This document shows, in pieces, positions 12,353 to 26,991 of a stretch of 64,000 nt of DNA (positions are counted from its first letter, which is position 1; each line of letters begins with the position of its first letter). Under the pieces are notes generated by a model, which saw only the letters and a program-made list of their open reading frames with translations, was not told the DNA's origin and did no database searches. Both the position numbers and the translations under genes were made by a program. This DNA is from Octopus sinensis (lineage: Eukaryota): the NCBI RefSeq assembly GCF_006345805.1, contig NC_043007.1, positions 43,958,001 to 44,022,000 on the forward strand, given 5' to 3'.

Positions 12353-13166
12353 TTTTTAAGCAATGGAGAATAGGATTGATATGGTGTCAGATAAAACACC
12401 TTTCTGAGCGCGTTACTTTCAGGAATCAAATCTCATCACGGCTGACTTTCTTTCATTCGTTAAGAGTTAGTAAAATAAGATAGTGGGCTTTTATCTGATA
12501 GCTATTGCTTCTTCTCCGCACCAAATGATGGCCCTGTAGTTATATTATCAATCAACATTTGGCCATTCAGTCAACTTAAGATTAATGTAAAAATAATGTA
12601 CGGAAAAGGACTAACTTTTGAATGTGATCCATCCTCTCTTCGAAGTTCCACCTACAGGAGATTTTAAATGAGCTAATGGAATATTCCTCAGTTTTACTGC
12701 GCTTCAGCTGTGAGCAATCCAGCTTCACATTTGTGTCACATTTGTCATATAATCCAGATTCGGTTGTCATATCACGCCGATGTGAAATTTGTCTTCCTTC
12801 TTACCAGATGTCAGGATGTTGACAAGATACAGAAATGGCACGTAAATGAAGTGAAAAGGAGTTAAACAGGAATTGAACCTGTATCGTAGGCTCGGTTTAT
12901 CGGCTGCTTATCAAAAAGTAACATGTGCCGTCATAATTAATAATTTTAAAAAATGGTTAGATTTAAAGATGTAATTATAACTGTTTTTTGCTCCAATAAC
13001 TTTTGACAATGAAGGATGTTTGAGTGATTTGTAGATGGTAAAAGAAAGCAAATAAATAAAATAAATAAATAAATATCCATCTATAAAAAATCGACAAATA
13101 ATAAACAAGAAATCAAGTCTTCAGTAAAAAAAAAGTTGCAGCAAGTTTCAATGTACTTGTGTGTGT

Positions 13167-13205
<39 letters not shown>

Positions 13206-13225
13206 CGCGCGCGCTTAAAGTAAGC

Positions 13226-13339
<114 letters not shown>

Positions 13340-13899
13340 ACACGTTTTGTGAAATGCTGGGCAATGCCTTGCGATCATACAAATTATTTTCTCTTAACAT
13401 TTAGCTTTAAGGCGATTCCGCACCTATTTCTAAAGATGTAACTTTCAGAAACACTCCAGGAATTCCCAGCATTGCAGCAGAGAGAGAAAATGAAACTTCA
13501 GAATATCTTGTCCTTTAAATTACTTTACTTCTTTTGAATTGAAAACAGATTTAAATGAATTCCATAGTTTCGAAATAAATGTTATCTTAATAATTTTTTA
13601 GAAGCAAAATGTTCTCTGTCGATATCAGCAAAACTTGTAAATTGTATTACGGAATATTTAGTGACATAATATTCTCACTTGGAGATTAAGTATTTTAATA
13701 TTTTGGGAATTTTGTAGACTCCTGTTTTGAACGATTCAAGGGGAGAATGCAATTTTTTTCAATATCCTTGAAACCATGTACCTAGCGCTGACATTATTTG
13801 CATAAATAATGTAGGTATTTCTGATATTTTCCATTCCATTTCATTTATTTTGCTAACTAACCTTAATAAATTCATTAAAGTCATATTATCAATAATGCA

Positions 13900-14350
13900 C
13901 CTATTCATTCTTAACACGTTCCGGCAGGTTTGAACGTGAATATGCGAATCGCTGTTGTATTTCCCCTTCAGAGAACAACTCCTTTTAGTCGATGTGTGCT
14001 GATAATACACAGAACTCAATTATGTGGAAGACATTGAGACGCCGATGTTTCAACATAGTTTAGTCTCTTCAGTCAAAGCTACCCGCGGATCTCTACGTTT
14101 AAACACAATCGTGTTGTCTTCCTCTAGATTCTATCTGGAATGTCTATGTATGTAGCAACAACACCATTCCAGAGGTTGGAACAGTATTTTATTGTGGAAC
14201 CTACTGTAGAAAGCGAGTTGTTGTCGGTTACTGAGGTATTTTCTGGTTCTGATGAGGGAGGTCAATCTTAGAGATGATGCAGTCTTTGATACATTAATGT
14301 CTGCTTGCTAGTATAGATCTTCAGTGGTAGTCAAGTGAATTTCACTAAGG
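13900..14350 (-). mobile_element. Highly decayed CR1/Jockey-group LINE 3' end
   Basis: Fragments IRTRKYLSNRQQLAFY, YCSNLWNGVVATYIDIPDRI*RKTTRL and LKHRR resemble the post-RT pattern FRARKYF..LLTLYK..LEYCSHIW..LDRIQRRA..L.HRR. Confidence 0.5.
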
Positions 14351-15582
14351 AAACAACAAATGTGAAAAGGAATCTCAGACATAGGCTAATCTCTGTAAAT
14401 GAGAATTTAATAGAGTAATTTCTATGAAGTAACTTTATATTAAGGAGAGGAACGTACAATTTCCTGTAATTCAGACCGCATCATGGCCCCAGCAGACAAA
14501 ACAGAAAAGGCGTTGCCCCGGAGAGAGATTCACTAGAACAGCCACTCTGACTCACGGGGGCTCGTGAACCTCTTTTATAGTGAGAATTAGCATTTGTAGA
14601 GACCTTAACGTTTCCACTTGGGCGCTGATCATATTCAACGAGGTAAGAATGGTATTATTTTATTGATAAATGTAGTGTTTGCGCTTTTGAAGAGACAAGA
14701 TATGCATGGTATCGTTGGATAATGCCGTTGGGGTATCTGGAATACAGTTTGTTTTATCTATTAATCAGGAATCACGCCTGAGTCCATAACATTTGCAGGG
14801 CCTTCAAGACTGGTGGCAGGGAAGAAAGAAAGTATTCTAAAAACGGGAAACTGACTCGAATGCTTGCAACGTAGTGGACTCTGTTTAAGATACCCCAAGT
14901 CCATTTGATGGTGTTAAACTAGGTGAAATGTAAAGTCTACCACCCAACTGGGTTAGAGCGTGAGTTGAACACAGAACAGAAAAGGCCGGAATAAATACAG
15001 CAAGGAAGCCACTCCTATGTTCTTACAGTTTCGCCAATCCACCTTCTTGGATTAGCACTTCTTATTGACCCCAAAAGGATGAAAGACAAGGTTGATCTCG
15101 ACCAGATTTAAATGCAGTACGCAGGCAATAGCATATTATCTAATGAAGTTTATTGCTGCTGTTTCTTTCAGGTCGCGCGACCTTACCCTTTCAGTCGATA
15201 GAGCATCAGACTCTTATTTCAGTTTGAATAATAAAGGATAAAAATCCTTCCCGAGTCATATAGACTCATATGTTCACCCCATGAACGGAACGCCGGTCCG
15301 TAGCAGGATAACTCATTATTTCCAACTGAATGAACTGAAACAACATGAGCTGAAGTGTTCTTGCTCAATGCGTCGCCTGGTCCTGGAATCGAAACCACAA
15401 TCTTACGGTCAGGAATCCAACACGCGTAACCACTCAGCCACTTCTTTTTTTTTTTTTTGCAGTTTTAATAATAGAGATTTTAGTAATATACGGAGTTTAT
15501 ACCTTCCTTCTACAATCATTCAATACAGTAACGGAATTGTACAAACAAAATAATTTTCGTAAACATCTCCATTTAGAATATA

Positions 15583-15813
15583 CAGGGCTGACCAAAAGTC
15601 ACCTGACACTAAATCAAAACCATTTAATTCCAAGATTTATTCATGTTAAACAAGTGAATGAATTTAATAAAAGCATCTAAATATAAAACATCATGAAAAT
15701 TTTCAAACTGAAGTCCTTCTTGAGCGACACATTTTTCCATTCGAGCCAATACAGAATTACAGATAGTATTTATGAAACATTGATTTACTGTCGGGTGACT
15801 TTTGGCCAACCCT
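15583..15813. mobile_element. Tc1/mariner MITE-like deletion derivative
   Basis: TA|CAGGGCTGACCAAAAGTCACCTGACA at the left and TGTCGGGTGACTTTTGGCCAACCCT at the right. The internal minus-strand remnant SVLARMEKCVAQEGLQFE resembles a transposase C-terminus. Confidence 0.75.
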
Positions 15814-16530
15814 ACCATCCCGGTTGACACCAGCTCCTGGCCAGTTCCAAGTAGTCGATCTTTTTACGGGCGCCTGCCAGCGCGCTGTGGACCGGTTTAA
15901 CTTGTCCGGGCGTCCCCGTCATCTGAACATCTCCCCTGCCGAACTCTCGGCCCTTCGATGTCTCCGACGCCGCACTGACATCATCATAAAGCCGATCGAG
16001 AAGGGTGGAGCCGTGGTAGTGTGACGAGCGGAACTCTACAAGGCGGAAGCTCTCCACCAACTTCATAACACTGCCTTCTACTACCCTGTGCCCTCTGACC
16101 CCACGCCCAGCTAACAACAGACTGTGTCCTCCACTATCCATAACCTCATTTCCTCCTCTCGTCTTCCCCCACTGCTCCAACCTCATTGTCCGCACCCCTC
16201 GCACCCCCACAATTTACTTCCTCCCCAAAATCCACAAGCCTAACAATCCTGGCCGCCCTATCGTCTCCGCCTGCAACTGCCCCACCGAACTCATCTCCAG
16301 ATATCTTGACCGTGTCCTTGCCCCCTAGTGGCTTCCCTCCCCTCTCACATCCATGACACCAACCATGAGCTTCGTTTGTTCAACTCTTTCTCCTTCCCTC
16401 CTGGCCCCTCTAAACTTCTCTTCACTCTCGACATCCAGAGCTTTTACACGGTGATCTCCCACCACGAGGGGCTGCGCGCACTCCATCATTTCCTTGACCT
16501 TCGACCCAACCCCCAACCCGACACATCCAC
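15814..16530 (+). mobile_element. Penelope-like element reverse transcriptase fragment
   Basis: [87 protein letters not shown], matching the PLE RT motifs KPADKG, LPKIHK, RPIVS and DxxSLYT. Contains stops and frameshifts. Confidence 0.92.
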
Positions 16531-17191
16531 ATATAGAAATATTACTTAAGAGAAATCAGGAAGAGCCAGGCTGACAGGCAGCGATATAAAGTAATCATGA
16601 ACACACAATAAACTACATCAAAGATATATAGATTATTGTGGATTATAACAATCAAATTTAACAAGAATACGAAACAGATCAATATACAGAGATTATAATA
16701 CAGAAATTCGCCTGAAGTGGATGTACATTCTCTTCGGTGATGATAATTTTTTTTATTTTCCTCATAAGAAAAAAACAAAAAAATAATGGTGGATTATATT
16801 TGCGGGAAGAGTTAATAGGCGTTAAATTAGTATATCAGCGAGGAGAAAGGAATCTCCTTTGACTACTCTTTAGATAATATGGTCCCATATAAAATGTAAT
16901 TTGCTGTACTAAATGCCAACACGATACCGAAATATCGCGTGCATGGAGTACGGCCTATTACATTTGAAATATATATTTCAAATGTCTCTAATTTTGGCGC
17001 GATGAGACCCGAGAAAACTAGCCTGCAGCTAATAGTTAGCAGCAGTTAATTTATCGGTTAGAGAACAAATATTTATATAACATTAAATTTAATTGGTATA
17101 TATAAATATTTTAATCTTCGGATTCTTTCTTTAATATGCTAGACCACTGGTTCTAATTGATAAATATCAATTTTTACCCTAAATTTAAAAT

Positions 17192-17239
<48 letters not shown>

Positions 17240-17276
17240 CTGTAAATATGATATCTCACAATTATTAGGTAGCCAT

Positions 17277-17337
17277 GATTAAACTCCGAGTTTCGGATGT
17301 CGGGGCGGAAACCCACGCCGGCATCTTTTCAGTTATC
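17277..17337 (-). ncRNA. Decayed hammerhead-like motif with long helix II
   Basis: Minus: GATAA-CTGAAAA-GATG..GGCG..CCGCC..CATC-C-GAAAC-TCGGA-GTT-TAATC. Helix I is 4/5 paired and core G8 is replaced by A. Confidence 0.4.
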
Positions 17338-17482
17338 GGGCCATCGAAAAAAGTGCTATCATAGTTTTACCATGGGTACCGTATAATTGTCACATATATT
17401 TACAGATAAATTCCTCTATTTACATAATATCAAGGTCTCTTTCATTCTTTTGTTGTTTTGCCATTTCTATCTATCTATCTAT

Positions 17483-17553
<71 letters not shown>

Positions 17554-17870
17554 TCATATATATTATATATATATATCTTCATATATATATATATAATATA
17601 TATGTCCTTGATTTTGTATAAATTCGCTGCTTTGTTCCAAGGAATCTAATACTCTTAGCTTAGGTTTTCCTTGGGGCTGGTCAGATTGGAGCAATCTCAA
17701 GAATAATCAGCCGAAATTGCGAGGATAATCTGGTGCTTGACTGAGGATAAAGGGCTTCGAATGACCGTCCTTGTTTTCTTTGTATCGTCTATCTGGATGT
17801 TTTGTTGTCCCTTTTTGCATCACCTACCTGTCCGGATGTTTTGCGTTCTTGTCCCATTTTGTATTATTAT

Positions 17871-17929
<59 letters not shown>

Positions 17930-18299
17930 GTACATGACGTCACCAACAGTAAACAACATGAAATACGAAAACAAATGAGTTAAATACGCAAATAACGAAA
18001 GGAAAAAACGACAAATAATACAAAGAATAACCTTTCATCAGTTATCAGCTGTCTGTCTACCCTCCATTTCAAGCAATGATTATACTATCAGTCAAAACCT
18101 CTGTCTTACATTTTTAAAGTGCCAAATGTTTGACACTAATGAAATATTTTCACTGTATTTTGAGATATTTACTCTCATAATTATGTGTTTGTGTGTGTTT
18201 TAGGAATATATATAATTTTCTTCCACAGATGTATGTGTGTGCGTAGAAAGATAGGCAGATACATAGACAGCCAGCCAGGCAGTCAGACAGACAGACAGG

Positions 18300-18725
<426 letters not shown>

Positions 18726-19744
18726 TAATGGTGGTGGTCTGAGGATGAATGATAATCACCGAGACAATTATAGAGCAGTACAGCATCTGACTGCCGTCCA
18801 CCACCGTCTCCTCTTTAAAAATGGTTTGGCGATTTAATTGGTCAGCGGTTGTCATGCCAGGTGAGGGAGAGGTGTAGTAATTTCATCTTGAACGGAACTT
18901 TGACCTGAACCGTGTGAAAAAGTTCCAGGCCTTTGATTACTCACTTAACTTCTGATTATTGTGTCACACACACAATAAATGCAGTCAAGATGGACAGTCG
19001 TTTTAATACGTAGATGATAATTATTGCCTGAAATCATTTCTCTTTTCCTCATTTAAAACGAGAAGACTAACGCGAAGAGATGAGTGACGATCTCTGTGGA
19101 GATTTCTGTAACTTTTATCAACTTTATTCCGTCTATAATTATTGTGAAATGACGCAGCTGGATTGTTATCAGACTCTCAAACTACATTGTCGTCTTTTCA
19201 TGAGAGGCGTTGGAGCGTCTACACTCGTATTTTATTGTGAATCCCTAACAAACTTGAATGGACCACTTATTGAAATATTTTAGATGTCCTGAAAAAGTAA
19301 GAGCGATAATTATGGATAAATTCCAGAAAAATATTTATTGTGGAAGTTGGTGCTACTACAAGATGGAATAAAGAAAAAAAAACCTCAGAATTACCATTCT
19401 TGATAATAAAAGTTTCACCTGCAAACGCACGGTATACGCCATCTCAAACCGTAAAAACAAAAACTGTAAAATATTAGCTACACGAAGATATGGCTACCAT
19501 CTGCTTAACTGTAATAGCGTCACATCAGTGGCCGTGTAAAATAGGAACGGTTTTTCTGTCGCAGCTTGCAGATAGGGCTTCTCTGTTCAGGTTAAACTAT
19601 ACCGGTTTGACAGAATGATCATACAAGAGATACTGAACGTCTGTTTATGAATAAGATAGCTACAAGAAAGAGCGGAATGCTTTATTAGGACTGGTACAAT
19701 TGAAAATGAATTAAATATTTGTTGGACAATGTCTACAGGGAGAA

Positions 19745-20294
19745 AATATGGGTGTAGTAACTTACAGCAGGTCTCCATTAAGGCATTCATTTGTCATATG
19801 TGGCTACCATTTCACGTTTAGGTGCCATCCGTAGCATCTTTGTGTGGTATCCATTTAGCCCGTTTGATCATTTCTTTGTCAGTGTTCGTTTCACTGCCAT
19901 ATAATAGCACTGATTCGACAGTTGCAATGAACAGCTTGATTTCGATTTGCCTGGTTTGTGACAGGCTGTTCATCTATGTGCCTTCTTGATCTTGATGTTT
20001 GCTTCCGAACTACTCATCCAACCACCTAAGTACTTGAAATCTTCAGCAATATTCAATTTGGAACCGTTCAAATCAAACAGTTCAACATCACTTGAACTGA
20101 AGGCATCCAAATTAGTCTTGTGAACCCACTTAATGTTGATGTAAGAAAAGGAAGACTTCGTCACACTTACTTCGACAACTTGATTGCAAACACTGGCCTG
20201 GAATGTATCCAGGACCTCGAGGCGGCGATGATGGACCGAGAAGTGTGGTGGGTGGACTTTGCTGTGCGGCTCGGGTTGGAACCCGGCCATAACA

Positions 20295-20385
<91 letters not shown>

Positions 20386-20410
20386 TAATAATAATAATAA
20401 TAATAATAAA
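19745..20410. mobile_element. RTE-like LINE 3' fragment with 5' inversion and (AAT)n tail
   Basis: Minus 20130-19745 reads LNGSKLNIAEDFKYLGGWM..IKLFIATVESVLLYGSE..TKMLRMA..MTNE..GDL. Plus 20131-20290 reads EPT..RKGRLRHTYFDNL..LEAAMMDREVW (ORF end), followed by (AAT)n to about 20410. Confidence 0.8.
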
Positions 20411-23400
20411 TTGGTACCTAGAAGTCTAGCGTAAGTGAACTTCACTAAAGATCCCTAAGTAGCAAATGGTGAGCGTGTGGCCTGTTAGGTCTACTACTCA
20501 CACCAAAGTAAAAATAAGTGCTATGCTGTGTTATTTTGGTATAAGCAATGGAGGGGTTGTGTCCAAGATACAAGAACGATGAGAAAGTTATACCCAAAAT
20601 AACATTAGTCTAATTCTTACGATAGATGTGGTTGCCAACTTAGACCCTCGTCCGTGCCAACTGTCACCTTCTTTCAAGGACAGCGATTTGGTAGACTTCC
20701 AATACACATTGACAATGTGGAAACGGGATATAATTTGGACAAATATGAAACAGTTTGCTTCAGGACTTATCATTCCCGAGGAAGTTAGGATCATCTTCTA
20801 CAACTGTTATTAGGGTTCCAGTAAGTAAGCCTCGACCAGTTACAAATAGTAACCAAAATCCCTCAGATCATACCCAAGCGTCCTAAAAAAGGAACGCATG
20901 CATTTGATAAAGTAGTCCTATATAACCCTAAATAGGTGGGATGGTCAAGGCTGGAATTCTGTTTGTTCATGGATCTGCTCATTAAGGAGTTACCTGGATG
21001 AAAATTGCCTAAAAGTCTCGAGATTGACATTGATGTTAGGGATGGGTTTCTTAGTTTTTTTTTGGCGGGGGAACTTAGAAGATGATTTTGCCTTGTAAAA
21101 AGAATGACCTAAAATTTGTGGTTCTGAGATCCATTTTAAACTGATTGGGATATCCTATTTAGAAGAGGTTTGTATGTATTTGCTTGCAATATATGTGTAT
21201 GAATCCTACCACACTCCATTTTCTTGAATTATGTTCTACGTTTCTTTTCCCCTTTTTCTGGTAAATAGAAGACATGGTTATTATTGTTTCTAATATCTGA
21301 CCAATGCCTGAAATGTGGATGGGTCTGTTAGTTTATTAAATTACTACTTTATTTTATCGATCCCGAAAAAATCAAAACAAAGCTGACTTCTACTGAACTT
21401 GAACTCAGAACGTAAAATGCCAGAAGAAATACCACAAGTAAAATGCCAAAAGAAATACCATTCGTCTGGTGCTCTAATGATTCTGCCAATACCATAGTGA
21501 ATAGGTCCCTTCTATAGTTTCATTTAGAGACCGGACTGAGCTGAAGGTAAAAGGGGTTTTATCATAGCGCCCTTCACTTTACCCCTTCTTTGAGCGAAAA
21601 TCTATACAACAATACAAATACATTTAGCTATAGCACACTGAAAGTCCTTTATTTCCTATACTGCTATTATTGTTTTGATTATTGTTGTTTTTGTGATTGT
21701 TTAGCTCCAAATACCAGTTGCTGCCATTCCCTATTCTTCTTTTTCAATCATAGTGTGCCTAAGACTACTCACAATCATAGTGTGCCTAAGACTACAGTAT
21801 GGCCTCTTTAATTAAACAGTATGATGAGACTTCAGGAAAACGGATAGCTTTTAGCAGATAAAACACCCACTTAGAGGCCTCAATTGGTTTCTGTTGATGA
21901 TGTAGTTGTTATTTGACCATTGACTCTGATTGAACAGACCTCTGATAAAAGACATTCCAGTTATGACCATCTCATCGTTATTTGGATAGACTGGACCTAA
22001 TACTACACTATCTAATGTGTCTTTATGACAATAAATAGGATATGAAGGAAATGTGATTGCTATGTCTTGAAATTCCAGTGACCGCATAGAGGCTCCTTTT
22101 TTAGCTCAATATAATGATTGCTGTTGTTGATGTTGATAGTAGAGGTGGAAGAGTTTTCTTCGTTGTCGTCGTAGTAATAATGGTGAGAATTACTTATGAC
22201 ACCCTAGAGTGGTTTATGATGTTTTCTTATTTAGGTACAAGGCCGGCAATTTTAAGGGGAGTGAAGTTAGTCGATATCATTGACCCAAGTATTTGACTAG
22301 TATTTTATTTTATTTTATCGACTCTGAAAAGATGAAATATATTATCAAACCTCGGCGAAATTTCAGCCCAGAATGTAAAGAGTCGGGACAAATACTGCGA
22401 AGCATTTTTCCGACGCTCTAACCATTGTGCCAGCTCTCCACCTTACGAGTGGTCTTATGATAAAATTCTTAGGAAAATATGACCCACAAACCCAATGTAT
22501 GAGATATGAAAATAGTCTCCTTCAATTGTTTAAGCGACATTGTAAGAAGACCTATTTTGCAAAGTACTTTAACATTTGAGTGAAAACTTAAGCATTATTA
22601 GAACTTAAAACTGTAAACACCCACCATTAGTCCAATTTTCACTAACGAGCTAACGATCTCACTTTATTAAATTGCTCATTGGCAGCTGAATAAAGTAATA
22701 TTCAGCTTAAATAGAGCAAACAACGGTTTGAAGACATGGACGATGCGTTAACTAAACAGAACCTTTTAAGTGAATAAACAGTTCTGATGAGAATTACACT
22801 CTGGGAGATGACAAATACAAAGAATAAACAGATTTATACAAAGGGGAACTATCTAACATATAAAAGGAAAAAATTGAAGAAAAAACATTAAAAAAGAATA
22901 CTATTAAAAGGAACTATTGCTGGGCAACAGATTCAGAGCCATCTGGACTCCTAACAGAAATTTATCATCTTTACATAATTGTTTTGCAGTTTACACAGTA
23001 AAACCATTCAATAAGAACATCGTTGATAATCATAATACACTGGAGGGCTTTCAATACATTAACTTTGTAAGTTTTAAAACAAAATCAAGTGAAAATAAAC
23101 AGCAGAGTGGATCGTATTTGTTAGAGTAATTCTATATATTAAGAAATAAAATTAAGAAGTCTATGTTTTCTTGTCAGATCGAAGAATGGTCGTTGATTTC
23201 TTTTTATCTTTATTATTTTCTTTTGTGTGTTCGCTCGTTCGTGTATTTATTTATTGTATGTCTCAGTGAGTATAATAGCGTTAACGTGGAATTATATAAA
23301 TATATAATCAGGGCGCAACTAGGTTTTAGTTTAAAGGTGAGGAAATGGTTTATTAAATATAACTTGGGTAGAATGTGTATAGCGGGGCGGGGCACAATGA

Positions 23401-25466
23401 GGAGATTTTACTGCATTTTTGATTTATCAGCAAAGCAAATGACCGTCTTTAAATGCATTAAAAACATTATAACATAATCTGAACACTAATTCAGAAAATT
23501 ATCACCGTTCTCTTCAGATAAATAAAGGGCAAATTTATCTGGGGCAAAATGAGTAAACCAAGATAAGATAAATTTACCTCTTCAATACTCCAGAATTATA
23601 TTTGAAAACAAACTCATACACACCAATATCTATCCTTAGACATCAGAAAGATTAGAAAGGCAACAAAAAATTTTCAAGTATTAAGGTCAAATGAAAGAGG
23701 TCAGCGAAAATGGCACATGATATGAAATTAACGAAACTCGACTAAATCAAAAACAACTCAACATAAAATATTCTCTATAGCGTCTTCACGATCTTTTGGA
23801 CTGTCCTCTTTCTGATATATTTATGTACCATGCAGTTAAAAAGAAGAAATTATTGAAATTAGTCATGGCTCATTTTACCCCACCTTAGCCATCATTTTTG
23901 AAAATTGAAAATTTTCAAATTAGACATTAGTGTGGAAAAAGATTGACTTGGAATCCAACAAAGAAAAGAATACTGATCGTTAAACACAAAAAATTATCCA
24001 AATATTTTATTAGCAATCTCAATTACAATAGGGTCAAAGTTGAGGAAAAATTTCTTGGAAAAAATTACCTGTCACCTGAATATATTTCAAATTCTCTCAA
24101 CTTCAACAACAACTACGTTGACCAATTTTTACTCCTAAAGGGAATGCAACAATACAAAATGATGATGCAATATTTGTAATGTAATGATTTCAAACAGGTA
24201 GGAAGAAAATAACAAGAAATCAGAAATTACTCATTTTACCCCGGTTACAAATTTCATCCATCCACTCGCGCGCCTATTTTTGTTAACGTCTGTTTATGAA
24301 ATATTTCCAGTGTAGTAAATGAAGTGTACTATGGCTTATTCCTCTTTTCATGGTGCAAATTAAAAAATGTTCCTCTTCCTAGATATAATTTCCAATCTGA
24401 CTTTTTAAATTCAAGAGCCATACTGAATAATTGACTTAGATCCCTTTGGGATTTGAAATCCAAACATCCTACAAACACAGAGACTGTTGTCTTCGTCGTC
24501 AAACTGCAATCAACCACGTCATTTAACATGCGTTGACTCATATTAATGTTCCATCAAACGTCGAGGTTTTTCGCTTGAGAAAACTTCTTGTTTTAGCAGA
24601 TGAAATCTCTATTTCAACTATAACTGTAAGAACTTGAGGTAAGGAGACAACTGGTCACTCTAATTAGAGAAAACAGTTGAAAAAATTCGAGCGAAGCAAA
24701 AGGAAAATGACATGGGATAGAGAAAGCAAAAAGAAAATTAAGAACCAATAATTAATTGCTCGTCAAAATTAATTGGCATACAATTGTCATCTGGAATTCT
24801 TGGTAAACAACCTTCTTAAATTCGTCTGCCATGTTTGCTGTTTTATTTATTTATTTATTTATTTTTATCGGCAGTAAAGGAATTAAACCAAGCTGCTTAT
24901 TTCTCTGAATTAATTCCCTTGTTAAAATCCATATAAGTTTTCGTTCGTTGGCTTCTCTTTGTCCATTACTTCTCCCATGAGGTCACATGCCGATAAAAGC
25001 TTCTTCCTCTGATTCCATACTAAGGTCAGCCAAGATTAATGCAGTTAATACGATATTCGATAATAATCATAAACTATTTCAGTCCTTAGCGACAGTTTTT
25101 CAAACACTTGCAGATTTGATCAATGCGATCGATCGCAAATGATTCCCATTGCAAAAATAAAATAACACGAGAAAGACGGGTTCCAACAAACATCGGTATG
25201 TTTACGCTTAAAAAGACAGGAAAAGTCTTGACGTTTCAGATGCTCGTCTTTCACCAGAGATTTAAGAGAATAAGAAAAAGTGGTTGGTGAAATAGAAAGA
25301 CTGGGAAAGAGGTTGGGGAAAATATACTTTATATTGATATATATATATATATATTATATATATATATATATTAGCTACAGTCAATTAGTGATGACTAAAT
25401 TTTTACTAAATGGCTTTGTCTTGCGGGGCTGCAGTCTAGTGACTGAAACAAGTACAAGACAGTAAT

Positions 25467-25915
<449 letters not shown>

Positions 25916-26205
25916 AATATTGAATGGAGAACATACCGAAAATCACTCTACCTAGAGCAGCAATGCTATGAATTATACGTATAGAGTGCAATGGTTCCGC
26001 ATTCATCTCACCGTTATAGACGACAGTAGCTCAATACACGGCATATAATTCAAATAGAGAGAAAGTTACGGCTGTCCAAAACTGATTGTCCCTTAGGTGG
26101 GACGGGGTTATCACCCTTCGATCGGTTCGAGTCGGCCAATTTCTTACAGCGCTAATCAATGAACGGGGAATCTCACGATGCAGTAGGTAACGTTTAAAAT
26201 GCGGA

Positions 26206-26700
26206 TTAGGGCTGAATACCTATTCTAGAATTGAAAAGGGTCTCCAGGTCAAGTGAATCTTTTAAGATACTTGCCCGCTCTGCTATGCAAAGCTTACATC
26301 GTCTGCTCTTGTTTATAAAGAACCCCGTCTCTACCGGGAACTTCCATTTAAATGCGTATGGAGTTCCTTCATCCTTTGGGTGCCACACGTGGATGGTCAA
26401 GAACGTGACATAATGCCTTTCCGGAATCCTAAAAGGGGGCCTGTGGTCGTACAGGACTTGCTTAAAAGCATTTCCGGCCAAACCGATGTATCTCTGGACT
26501 TGGGTGTTGATTGTATCATAGCCACTGGTATTTCTTCTGTTGGCCTTGGGTCTGATGCTGCTGTTGTTGTTGCTGTCGACGCTATTGTTATTATTGGGCA
26601 TGGGTCCGGTAGTTCCACTATTGCTGGCGTAGCAGTCATCTCCGGTCGCAGTGTTGGTGTTGCTGCTGCTGTTGTTGTTGTTATTGTTGTTGTTAAGCAA
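26206..26700 (-). mobile_element. Penelope-like GIY-YIG endonuclease C-terminal fragment with Asn/Thr-rich linker
   Basis: RYIGLAGNAFKQVLYDHRPPF..TFLTIHVWHPKDEGTPYAFKWK..NKSRRCKLCIAERASIL..TLFNSR, similar to the PLE EN pattern YIG..FKxRY.NH..F..T.LS.HIW.LK..I.W..RCxLCL.EK..LNxR. Confidence 0.8.
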
Positions 26701-26937
26701 CAAGACGGGTAAGGGTGATTAGGTGATGGTCTAGGGCTTAGGGGCGGAAGACCCCAGACCTTGGAAAAAAAAACTTTGGTCGTCTTGTTGTAGTCGAGGG
26801 CTCTTCGTTGACGCCCGACACCAGTGAAAATAAGAGCACCACAACAAACCAAAGTACATACTCGAGGCACACAGAGCTGCGTTCGGTAGTGTAGTGAAAG
26901 CACGTGATAAAAATAAGACTACTGAATAATAATAATA

Positions 26938-26991
<54 letters not shown>

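Noticed and set aside
20860-21050. AFDKV motif suggesting an RT remnant
   Set aside because: It is an isolated 5-residue match with no flanking motifs.
24601-24640. Exon-like segment with TTTTAGCAG acceptor and AG|GTAAGG donor
   Set aside because: There are stops in all three frames and no other support.
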